This document shows, piece after piece, positions 1 through 11,928 of a stretch of 64,000 nt of DNA (position 1 is the stretch's first letter; each line of letters begins with the position of its first letter). A program made the translations under genes and the position numbers. The DNA is from Eledone cirrhosa (Eukaryota), in assembly GCA_964016885.1 (NCBI GenBank), contig OZ024741.1, positions 354,020,001 to 354,084,000 of the forward strand. The letters run 5' to 3'. The notes beneath the pieces are model-generated. The model worked only from the letters and a program-made list of their open reading frames with translations, did no database searches and was not told where the DNA came from.

Positions 1-3000
1 ATCTGTAAATATATTGTTGTTATCTGTAAATATATTGTTGTTATCTGTAAATATACTGTTGTTATCTGTAAATATATTGTTGTTATCTGTAAATATATTG
101 TTGTTATCTCTAAATATATTGTTGTTATCTGTAAATATACTGTTGTTATCTGTAAATATATTGTTGTTATCTCTAAATATATTGTTGTTATCTGTAAATA
201 TACTGTTGTTATCTGTAAATATATTGTTGTTATCTGTAAATATATTGTTGTTATCTGTAAATATATTGTTGTTATCTCTAAATATACTGTTGTTATCTGT
301 AAATATATTGTTGTTATCTGTAAATATACTGTTGTTATCTGTAAATATATTGTTGTTATCTGTAAATATATTGTTGTTATCTGTAAATATACTGTTGTTA
401 TCTGTAAATATATTGTTGTTATCTGTAAATATATTGTTGTTATCTCTAAATATATTGTTGTTATCTGTAAATATACTGTTGTTATCTGTAAATATATTGT
501 TGTTATCTCTAAATATATTGTTGTTATCTGTAAATATACTGTTGTTATCTGTAAATATATTGTTGTTATCTGTAAATATATTGTTGTTATCTGTACATAT
601 ACTGTTGTTATCTGTAAATATATTGTTGTTATCTGTAAATATATTGTTGTTATCTCTAAATATATTGTTGTTATCTGTAAATATACTGTTGTTATCTGTA
701 AATATATTGTTGTTATCTCTAAATATATTGTTGTTATCTGTAAATATACTGTTGTTATCTGTACATATACTGTTGTTATCTGTAAATATATTGTTGTTAT
801 CTGTAAATATATTGTTGTTATCTGTAAATATACTGTTGTTATCTGTAAATATACTGTTGTTATCTGTAAATATACTGTTGTTATCTGTAAATATATTGTT
901 GTTATCTCTAAATATACTGTTGTTATCTGTAAATATACTGTTGTTATCTGTAAATATATTGTTGTTATCTGTAAATATACTGTTGTTATCTGTAAATATA
1001 CTGTTGTTATCTGTAAATATACTGTTGTTATCTGTAAATATACTGTTGTTATCTGTAAATATATTGTTGTTATCTGTAAATATACTGTTGTTATCTGTAA
1101 ATATATTGTTGTTATCTGTAAATATACTGTTGATATCTGTAAATATACTGTTGTTATCTGTAAATATATTGTTGTTATCTGTAAATATATTGTTGTTATC
1201 TGTAAATATATTGTTGTTATCTGTAAATATATTGTTGTTATCTGTAAATATACTGTTGTTATCTGTAAATATACTGTTGTTATCTGTAAATATATTGTTT
1301 GATATCTGTAAATATATTGTTGTTATCTGTAAATATATTGTTGTTATCTGTAAATATATTGTTGTTATCTGTAAATATATTGTTGTTATCTGTAAATATA
1401 CTGTTGTTATCTGTAAATATATTGTTGTTATCTCTAAATATACTGTTGTTATCTGTAAATATACTGTTGTTATCTGTAAATATACTGTTGTTATCTGTAA
1501 ATATATTGTTATTATCTGTAAATATACTGTTGTTATCTGTAAATATATTGTTGTTATCTGTAAATATACTGTTATTATCTATAAATATACTGTTGTTATC
1601 TGTAAATATACTGTTGTTATCTGTAAATATATTGTTGTTATCTGTAAATATACTGTTGTTATCTGTAAATATATTGTTGTTATCTGTAAATATAGTGTTG
1701 TTATCTATAAATATACTGTTGTTATCTGTAAATAGACTGTTGTTATCTGTAAATATACTGTTGTTATCTGTAAATATATTGTTGTTATCTGTAAATATAC
1801 TGTTGTTATCTGTAAATATATTGTTGTTATCTGTAAATATACTGTTGTTATCTGTAAATATACTGTTGTTATCTGTAAATATACTGTTGTTATCTGTAAA
1901 TATACTGTTGTTATCTGTAAATATATTGTTGTTATCTGTAAATATACTGTTGTTTTCTGTAAATATATTGTTGTTATCTGTAAATATACTGTTGTTATCT
2001 GTAAATATACTGTTGTTATCTGTAAATATACTGTTGTTATCTGTAAATATATTGTTGTTATCTGTAAATATACTGTTGTTATCTGTAAATATACTGTTGT
2101 TATCTGTAAATATACTGTTGTTATCTGTAAATATATTGTTGTTATCTCTAAATATACTGTTGTTATCTGTAAATATACTGTTGTTATCTGTAAATATATT
2201 GTTGTTATCTGTAAATATACTGTTGTTATCTGTAAATATACTGTTGTTATCTGTAAATATACTGTTGTTATCTGTAAATATACTGTTGTTATCTGTAAAT
2301 ATATTGTTGTTATCTGTAAATATACTGTTGTTATCTGTAAATATATTGTTGTTATCTGTAAATATACTGTTGTTATCTGTAAATATACTGTTGTTATCTG
2401 TAAATATATTGTTGTTATCTGTAAATATATTGTTGTTATCTGTAAATATATTGTTGTTATCTGTAAATATATTGTTGTTATCTGTAAATATACTGTTGTT
2501 ATCTGTAAATATACTGTTGTTATCTGTAAATATATTGTTTGATATCTGTAAATATATTGTTGTTATCTGTAAATATATTGTTGTTATCTGTAAATATATT
2601 GTTGTTATCTGTAAATATATTGTTGTTATCTGTAAATATACTGTTGTTATCTGTAAATATATTGTTATTATCTGTAAATATATTGTTGTTATCTGTAAAT
2701 ATATTGTTGTTATCTGTAAATATAGTGTTGTTATCTATAAATATACTGTTGTTATCTGTAAATAGACTGTTGTTATCTGTAAATATACTGTTGTTATCTG
2801 TAAATATATTGTTGTTATCTGTAAATATACTGTTGTTATCTGTAAATATACTGTTGTTATCTGTAAATATACTGTTGTTATCTGTAAATATACTGTTGTT
2901 ATCTGTAAATATACTGTTGTTATCTGTAAATATACTGTTGTTATCTGTAAATATACTGTTGTTATCTGTAAATATACTGTTGTTATCTGTAAATATACTG

Positions 3001-4178
3001 TTGTTATCTGTAAATATACTGTTGTTATCTGTAAATATATTGTTGTTATCTGTAAATATACTGTTGTTTTCTGTAAATATATTGTTGTTATCTGTAAATA
3101 TACTGTTGTTATCTGTAAATATACTGTTGTTATCTGTAAATATACTGTTGTTATCTGTAAATATATTGTTGTTATCTGTAAATATATTGTTGTTATCTGT
3201 AAATATATTGTTGTTATCTGTAAATATACTGTTGTTATCTATAAATATACTGTTGTTATCTGTAAATATACTGTTGTTATCTGTAAATATACTGTTGTTA
3301 TCTGTAAATATATTGTTGTTATCTGTAAATATACTGTTGTTATCTGTAAATATATTGTTGTTATCTATAAATATACTGTTGTTATCTGTAAATATACTGT
3401 TGTTATCTGTAAATATATTGTTGTTATCTCTAAATATACTGTTGTTATCTGTAAATTTATTGTTGTTATCTGTAAATATACCGTTGTTATCTGTAAATAT
3501 ACTGTTGTTATCTGTAAATATATTGTTGTTATCTGTAAATATGTTGTTGTTATCTGTAAATATACTGTTGTTATCTATAAATATACTGTTGTTATCTGTA
3601 AATATACTGTTGTTATCTGTAAATATATTGTTGTTATCTGTAAATATACTGTTGTTATCTGTAAATATATTGTTGTTATCTGTAAATATACTTTTGTTAT
3701 CTGTAAATATATTGTTGTTATCTGTAAATATACTGTTGTTATCTGTAAATATATTGTTGTTATCTGTAAATATACTGTTGTTATCTGTAAATATACTGTT
3801 ATCTGTAAATATACTGTTGTTATCTGTAAATATATTGTTGTTATCTGTAAATATACTGTTGTTATCTGTAAATATACTGTTGTTATCTGTAAATATATTG
3901 TTGTTATCTGTAAATATACTGGTGTTATCTGTAAATATATTGTTGTTATCTGTAAATATACTGTTGTTATCTGTAAATATACTGTTGTTATCTGTAAATA
4001 TACTGTTGTTATCTGTAAATATATTGTTGTTATCTGTAAATATACTGTTGTTATCTGTAAATATATTGTTGTTATCTGTAAATATACTGTTGTTATCTGT
4101 AAATATACTGTTGTTATCTGTAAATATATTGTTGTTATCTGTAAATATACTGTTGTTATCTGTAAATATACTGTTGTT
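1..4178. repeat. 21-bp tandem minisatellite, unit ATCTGTAAATATA(C/T)TGTTGTT, about 200 copies, runs off the window start
   Basis: Exact 21-bp periodicity is visible directly. The long SVNILLL ORFs are just the translated unit. Confidence 0.98.
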
Positions 4179-4619
4179 TAATATGCTGGCGGCGTCGTTG
4201 TCTTCACCATTGATTTCGTTTTTCGTTTTTCGTTTTTCAGCTTCCTTTTTTTTTTCATTTTCGTTGCTATTTCACTTGCTGTTGTATTTGTTGTTTTTGA
4301 CATTGCCCGTATTGTTTGTCCTTGATGTTGCATGGTAAAGGATTTATATGTGTTATACACAACAAATCTGTTTTAAATTTAAATTTCTGTGAGTCATGTG
4401 TACTTTTGAAATTATGTATCTTCTATAAAACTATGATATATTTAACTGGCATTTCAATATAGTTGCCTTCTAGAAAATTAGACTTGTTTTATTTTACTGC
4501 CGTGTCGGGATTACCATAAAGATGAAACAATTCAATATTTATATACGTCAAAAGCTTTAATTCTCTGTGGAAAACTAAAGTAAAATAGAATATATTTGCT
4601 TTCGTTATTGAAGACAGTA

Positions 4620-4850
4620 ATGAGGAAAGTGAATTTACAGAGTTGTTAGAGTATCAGACATATGCTTAATTGTATTTGATCCGGGTCTTTACTTTCTGAG
4701 TTCAAGTCCCGCTAAAGTTAACTTTGCCTTTCATCATTCCAAGATCGATAAAATGAAGTACCAGTCAAGCACTGAGGTTGTTATAATCGACCATCCCCCC
4801 ATCCCATCGCAAAAAATAAACTGGCCTTGTGACTAAATTAGAAATCGCCA
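4620..4850 (+). mobile_element. tRNA-derived SINE, degenerate copy of the dominant family in this window
   Basis: B-box-like GAGTTCAAGTCC followed by the family core ACTTTGCCTTTCATC...GATAAAATGAAGTACCAG that recurs many times in the window. Confidence 0.75.
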
Positions 4851-5388
4851 TTGAAGCGATTGACATAATAGCTATTGTGTGTTTAGAGTACACATGTTCT
4901 CCCATTTGTGAACGCAGCCTAGTTGAATGGTTAAAAAATCACTTCACAATCATAAAGTTCCTGGTCTGCGGAAGTGTAGTTTATTATAGCTTCGATCCAC
5001 TCATTGTGAGTGAAACTGGGTAGATAGATGGAAATTGTTTAGAAGCATGTCAGATGTACTGTAACTGTATTTCGAATGTCAGGCCTAGACGCACACTGTG
5101 GCAGAATGATTCTCCCTGAGAAGTACGTTATGGGTACACGTGTTTCTCTAATGTTCAGCCAACTGTTATGTAATGTTCAGCCAACTGCACATTAATTTCA
5201 CAAGCAGGCTAGCCTGTTGATCAAACAAATAGAAAAATTCATCGTCGTAACTGACGGAAGTCCATTTAACCATACTTTTTAGTTGTGTTCTTCAATAGTC
5301 AGAATGTAGACCAATGGTGTCAAAGATTATTTATAAAATATACGATGGAACCTTCAACGATGAACATCCAAGTGTTCGATTGACTGAA

Positions 5389-5399
5389 TCTTCTTCTTC

Positions 5400-5446
<47 letters not shown>
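5389..5446. repeat. (TTC)4-(TTA)n microsatellite, 5' flank of Tx1 copy 1
   Basis: Seen directly. Confidence 0.95.
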
Positions 5447-5659
5447 GAATGCTATGGTTGACGGAGGCTCGGCTCTGTAAGGTATTGTAAATTTTGACCG
5501 CTATAACAATTGTAAATTGTTTAAAACTTTAACCAAATTGTAGACAAAAACACCCTCCTCCTCGTGAGAGGGGTCTTTCTGCCCGTTATTTGGCCCTTCG
5601 GGGTTAAATAACCGCTTATTGGGGTTTTGTGCCCAATATTTATTTTAAACAAAAAAAAC

Positions 5660-6033
5660 ATGGCTACGAAAGAGAATTTTCATAGGTCACTCCCACTGAT
5701 TCCGTCTTCTTCTTCCTCAATCGTCATTACAGCAGAGAGAAGATTGTCTCTCTCCCTCCCTTCTCTAAATATGTCTCTCTCCCTCCCTTCTCTTTCGCAA
5801 GCGACGCCAGAAATGAAAAATCACGTGCAAAGCGTGCAAGATTTCTCCACGACGACGACGACAACGACGAAAAAGGTGTGCGGGAAATACGAAAACCCAT
5901 TTCATTCGTCTGACGTCAGGAATAATAGCAGCAGCAGCCGTAATAACAGCAGCAGCAACAGTGACAAGGAAAACAACAGTAGCAGCCGCAACAGCATCAG
6001 CAGTAGCATAAACAACGACAGCATTAGCAGCAA

Positions 6034-6065
<32 letters not shown>

Positions 6066-7640
6066 ACAACAACAACCACAGCAACAGCGGCGGCGGCAGT
6101 AGTCGTAGTACCTGCAGCAACAACAAAAGTAACAGCAGCTCTGACGACAACAACAACAACAACAACAGCAGCAAAGAAAAACCAATCTCGTTTGCAGGTA
6201 TCGCAAAGAACCTGGAAACCATCCTCATAACAAATGAGGAATTAGAGGAAGCGAAGAAGATGGTGACGAAAACCGGACACCGAGCAATCTGCAAGGCAGC
6301 CGAAAAATGTTTCGAAACCCAACAGCACTGTCGGTCACGAACCGTACAGTAAGCACAAAATCCCGTAGGGTTGAAAGAGCCACAGAGGCTCAAATACAAA
6401 AAGCCTTAGGGTCTGTGTAGCAGCGGAAAACGCACATCACCCGAGGCAAGAAATATGCCACCGTAGACGTGCTTTTTGCCACACCCCAGGAGCAAAGGCT
6501 CAATCCCTAGTGACCCTAAGGAGCGAGGAAATGGTGTTGGTGCCCTCCTACTGCGGGAAAAAAATTGTGAGGGTCAAACCAGCAACAGGACAAGCGGCAA
6601 CCAGGAACGATAGGTCCGTGGCACCCATACCCATGCCACGGAAATCAAGAACAGCTGCAGCAGTGGAAGTATTAACAACAACAACAGCAATACCAAATGC
6701 AGCTGCAACAGAGACTCCACTGCAAACATCACCAACAACAACAAGTGAAAGAGTGGAGCTGGCACCCCTCCCCAACCTCACAGAATCAAGCATGGAGTGT
6801 GAGGTGGGAGAGGGATGGCAAAAGGTCGTAAGAAGGCACAAACGCAGAAGCAGCGCATCGTCGCCTTCGAAAAGGGAGGAAAGAAATGAAAAAAGAGTAA
6901 AGGCTACTGCAAAGAGACTCACAGCAGCAACACCACCAACACCATCACCACCCACACTAGCACCACCATCACCACCGGCGACAATCCCACCGCCAACAAC
7001 AACAACACCTTCAACACCACCACCACAAGCACCAACATCGCAAACACAACAACAAAACACACACACCCAGCAACAACGACAAGAAAATAGCAGAACCACA
7101 CCCCACCCCCAGAAAAACAAATGCACGGCAATAAATACACACAAGAAATTAATTGTTTCTACTTTAGGCACAAGGCCAGCAATTACCCAGTGCATTACTG
7201 GTACTTTATTTTATCGACCCCGTAAGGATGAAAGGCAAAGTCAACCTCGGCGGGATTTGAACTCAGATCGTAAAGGGACGTAACTATGCTGGAAAGCATG
7301 GCGTCTGACCCGCTACCGATACTGCCAATCCACCACACAACAAGAAATTAATGACTTACATAATTGAACACACAGACATTTCACAGCACGACTACATAAT
7401 ACCAGCACCAATCAAAACGCCAACGAACATAAGACTGCTATACACAAACATTAAAACGAAATTCCCAACGCAGTTGGTGATTTCAGAGACCTAGGAGGGA
7501 CTCTCAACCGGAGAGTATATTCGGACATACTCATAGAAGAGCCGACGACCAGCCGAAGGGACGATTCAATGGTCCCTTCACCAGACGATCAAGTGAAAAG
7601 GGATGGAGAAACCATCCTTCCTCTACGAAAAGTACGGTAA
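5660..7640 (+). pseudogene. Disrupted ORF1 (gag-like) of Tx1 copy 1
   Basis: Fragments KPISFAGIAK, GKKYATVDVLF, LVPSYCG and ILPLRKVR* match ORF1 of copies 2/3. It has frameshifts, an internal deletion of the CCHC region and a SINE insertion. Confidence 0.85.
7150..7335 (-). mobile_element. SINE inserted in ORF1 of Tx1 copy 1
   Basis: Reverse complement of the family core and B box (GGGATTTGAACTC). ACAAGAAATTAAT occurs at about 7141 and CAAGAAATTAAT at about 7341, resembling a target-site duplication. Confidence 0.88.
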
Positions 7641-7675
7641 GTGGTCTTTCCCATCTTTTCCACTCTATTTTAAAC

Positions 7676-9815
7676 ATGACCTCACTCAGAATAGGCAGCA
7701 TAAATGCGCGTGGCTTGGGGTCGTCATGGAAGCAGGGTCACCTGCTCAACGACCTCAGGTCACTAAACATAGATGTAGTGACCATCAGCGAGACAAGAAT
7801 CTCCGAAGCACGGGCCTTCGCGCCGATCTTCGGCGGCTACGATGTGTACGCATCTCCCAGCCGTCCTGGATCGGGGGGAGGAGTTGCTGTGCTTTTTCAG
7901 AGAGGTTTGGATCTCGCCATACGGGACATCTTCCTGGACCCAGAGGGTAAGTTGGTGGTGCTGGACGTGACCAGCGGAGACGGGCAAGCTTTCAGGCTAG
8001 TGGCCGTCTATGCCCCGACAGGAGCAGGGCGGCCTGATTTCTTCCGGCGTCTGGAGACCTTTCTTGGAACGTCCCGCTCTTTAGTGTTAGTGGGCGACTG
8101 GAACGGGATCTTTGATGCACGCTGGGACTGTGTGGGATTAGCGGATAGGGGTGGAGGGTGCAAGAGCCTCACCAACCTGCTCAGGCGTTTTGAACTGTCT
8201 GACAGGTACCGAATGGATTTCCCGAATGTGCCAATGTGGACTTGGACAAATCGCATAGGGTCATCCAGATCATATCTAGATAGAGTATTTTGTAGGGAAA
8301 TAGATAGGTCTAGCATAGGCTGTCCACAATTCAAGATAGTCAGCTACACGGACCACAAATTCGTGATCTGTGTGCTTGACTTAGATAGGCTTCATAGACG
8401 AGGACCCGGCTACTGGAAGCTAAACGCGTCCTTACCAGCGCGCAAGGCCTACAGAGACCGGATTAGCGAACTAGTTAAGCGGTCGTTGACGGGGGCCATC
8501 GTCAACAACAAGTGGTGGTTTGCTCTGAAAAGAGCGATTAGAATAGAATCCATTAGGTTTAGTAAGGCTTTAGCAATAGAGAAAAATAGAGCAGAGGGAG
8601 AACTAGTTAGAAAATTAGACGAGGCGCTTAGCAAAGGCATCGCGACCGACATGCTTGCGGCGAAATTGGCCCTTGATCAATTCTTCAATGTAAAGCACGA
8701 AGGCTGCGTTGTCAGAGCTAGGGTGCGTGCTCTCAGACACGAGGGGACGAAAGCCGTTCAATGGGCCCGAGTGGCGGAGGCGCGTCGTGGCAACAAAGCC
8801 ACGATCCGGTCTTTGGTGGACCACGACGGGCGCATGCTACTCGATCCCGGGCAAATGTGTGAAGCTTTTCAGCGACACTTCACTCAGCTGTTCGGGGGCA
8901 GCAGTGGGCCGGGTCGAGGGATGGACTTTAGTGTCTACCTCCCGGGACTGCCGCGGCTCTCGGCCACTGAGGCGGAGTGTTGCGAAAAGCCGATAACAGC
9001 CGCTGAAGTATGGGAGGCAATGACTGGCTGCACAAGGGATAAATCGCCTGGTCTGCCCTATGAACTTTATGTACAGATGCCAGACTCCTTCGGAGGCCTC
9101 TTGGCGGACGTCTACTGCAACTGGCAACAGAACAGGAGAATTCCCAGCTCTGTGAGCCGAGGAGCGGTGGCACTGCTGAGAAAGGATCCGAACAAGGGGG
9201 ATAACATAGATAATTTCAGGCCCATAACTCTGCTAAACACAGAGTTCAAGATTTTGGCCAAGGTGCTAGCAAAGAGGTTGGCGCTTGTCATTGGTGGTCT
9301 GGTGGGAGAGGCGCAGACATGCGCCATTCCCGACAGGTCCATCCACGACAACCTCCACCTCATGCGATACATCGTAGAGAGGGTAGCTAGGGAACCTGGC
9401 ACGGGTGGGTCCTTGATCAATTTAGATCAGTCGAAAGCTTTCGATAGGGTCGACCATCGTTACCTAGCGGCAGTCCTGAGGGCGGCTGGCTTTGGGCCCG
9501 TCTTCAGAGACTGGATCGCTGCCATGCACAGCGACATCTGCTCTGTGGTGAGAGTGAACGGTCACCTTTCGGAACCGTTCATCATCATGCGCTCGGTCCG
9601 CCAAGGATGTCTCCTCTCGTCCCTCTTGTACGTATTCACTCTCGAGCCATTACTGCACAAACTGGAGACGTTGAGGGGCGTCCCGCGCGAACTAGGATGC
9701 GGAAGATCCGTGTCAGCATATGCGGACGATGTCACCATAGTGGTGTCGAACGCCAAACACATCGAGGCGATCGGCACTACACTAAAAGAATACGAAGCGG
9801 TGACAGGAGCAATGA
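7676..9815 (+). pseudogene. Truncated ORF2 (APE endonuclease + RT) of Tx1 copy 1
   Basis: Motifs SINARGL, GDWN, TDHK, DQSKAFD and YADD. The tail of the listed ORF after GAM is read from unrelated antisense sequence. Confidence 0.9.
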
Positions 9816-11692
9816 AAAACTCCAAGTCACAACCAGTGACCTCAAGAGACAACAAGGTCCGCCATGTTCAAGAAAGAACATACATACTCACACATGCAAC
9901 TTTAGTGTTTAGACTTGTGATGTACTTATATTGACACAATCTTCCTTAGTATATGGGCAGTTCCCATTAGTACTATCTTTTGTATTTCTCCTATACGCGG
10001 GTTTCCTGGGATTTGCGATAAGTAATCATTAGACCCCTTAGGTATCATTCCTAGAGCGCCTACAACCACTGGTATTGTTTTAGTTCTCAATTTCCACATT
10101 TTTTCAATTTCTATCTCCAGGTCCTTATACTTGCTCAATTTTTCAAATGTTTTTATAGATACATTCTTGTCTATTGGAACGGACATATCAATTAGCAGGC
10201 ATACCCTCTTTTTAAAGTCCTTCAATATTATATCAGGTCTATTTGCATCTATTTTTCGGTCTGTTTGGATGCTAAAGTTCCACAAGATTGAGATGTGATC
10301 TTTTTCAAGTATGGGAGGTGGTTGATGCTCCCACCAATTCTTTTGATGGGGCAGGTCAAAATGCTTACACATTAACCAATGTATGTATTGTGCAGCTCTG
10401 TCATGCCTGTTTAGGTATTCGGTTGGAGCTATAGGACTGCACATTGAAATTATATGGTCAATGGTCTCTGGTTGTTTTTTACATACACGGCATAATGGGC
10501 TGCATCCATTTTTTATTATGTTGGCTTGGTAATTTTTTGTTGGCAGACACTGATCTTGTGCTGATATAATCAGTCCTTCAGTCTCCGATTTCAATCCAGA
10601 GGATGCCAACCACTGATGGGTTAAATTTTTGTCAACATCAGGATTGTTAGCTCGTTCTGGGTATTTTCCATACAGAGGCTTTTCTTGCCATTTCTTAGCC
10701 AGTTTCTGTAGCAGTTCTTTCTTTGCAGTTACTTTTACCTGCTTTGCTTTTTCTGTGTTTTCCATTTCAGCAGTAAATGGGACTTCTGAAATGTGTAGTC
10801 CATTACTGTATTTTTGTGCATCTTTTGTAATGGAGTATGATCTTTTAATGCTTTCGTGTTTCAAAACGAGTTTGATCATCCAATCATGTGATTCTCTTAG
10901 GTATGTAGATAATCCAATTGTTGCAGTTTTCAACGCAATGTCTAACTGGATTAACCCACGTCCTCCTTCTTTCCTAGGGAGGTATATTCTATCTGTATCT
11001 GCCTTAGGGTGATGCATTCTGTGCATGGTTAAGAATTTTCGAATTTTTGTATCGAGCCTACGGATCTCTGTGCTTGATCAGTTGATGACATTGTAACTGT
11101 AGGTTACTACTGGTATGGCAAGCGTGTTTATGGCATCGATCCTATTCCTTGCATTCAATTCCGTTCTTAAGATTGCTCTTACTCTGCGGTAACATTCCTT
11201 CCTTATCCTTTCCCTCATTGTCGAGTGCTTGATTCCGTCTCCTTCATAAATACCTAGATATTTGTAAGTTTCCTCTTGATCAAGTTCTCTTATCACATTC
11301 CCTCGATCAAGATTAATGTCTGAACTCTTCAGGAGCTTTCCTCTGGTGAACGTTGCTTTGGCGCATTTATCTAGTCCAAACTCCATTTTAATGTCATCAC
11401 TGAACTGCTTCACAGTGGATAATAGCTCTTGCAATTGTTCATCATTTTTTGCAAATAGTTTCAGGTCATCCATGTAGAACAAGTGATTAATGGTTTTGTC
11501 ATAGACTTTATATCCATATTTTGTTTCATTGAGCATTTTACTTAATGGTATAAGTGCGATGCAGAATAAAAGCGGTGACAAAGAGTCACCCTGAAAAATT
11601 CTACAATAAATATTAACTTCTCCAGCTTCCAGTGATTTTGTTTCACTATTCAAAAGGAGTGTCGTTTTCCATGTCTTCACGTTGAATGACAA
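9816..11692 (-). mobile_element. R4/Dong-like non-LTR retrotransposon with restriction-like endonuclease, 5'-truncated
   Basis: RT motifs IFQGDSLSP, FYMDDLK, YKYLG; then LPRKEGGRGL, CCHC (CRVC-ETIDHIISMC) and RPDI...IDMSVP...KLSKY. A single TGA at 11078-11080 (expected Trp in VINW) splits an otherwise continuous frame. Confidence 0.9.
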
Positions 11693-11928
11693 ATTATTAT
11701 TATTATTATTATTATTATTGGCGACCCACGTAGTAAATCGTATCATCGTGAGCTCCGCAAAGATTTGTTATTTCCGTTTATAAAAAATTGCCATTCATGG
11801 AAAATTTTTATTGTTAACCATATATAAGCGCACATACATTGTTTTCCGAAAAGGACGCCCAAAAAGATTGGGGCCTTGTGCCCAAAATTTTAACTTTTAT
11901 TATTATCAAAAATTTCTTTGAAAAAAAA

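Larger units (their letters stand above)
5447..9815 (+). mobile_element. Tx1/L1-clade non-LTR retrotransposon, copy 1 (different 5'UTR/ORF1, 3'-truncated within RT)
   Basis: ORF2 is near-identical to 13962-17381 up to EYEAVTGAM, then joins an antisense RLE LINE. The element starts right after the (ATT)n tract. Confidence 0.92.

Noticed and set aside
1-4178. CRISPR-like array
   Set aside because: The units are contiguous with no unique spacers, there are no cas genes, and the context is eukaryotic.
14-4338. Three long ORFs of 488-599 aa (SVNILLL repeats)
   Set aside because: They are translations of a stop-free 21-bp satellite, with no real start context and frames that switch at 1-bp indels.
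4178-4360. Lys-rich 60-aa ORF next to the satellite
   Set aside because: Low-complexity T-rich sequence with no homology or splice support.
11078-11080. In-frame TGA in the Dong-like ORF as recoding
   Set aside because: It falls on the expected Trp of VINW (TGG>TGA) in an already truncated copy, so it is a simple nonsense mutation.
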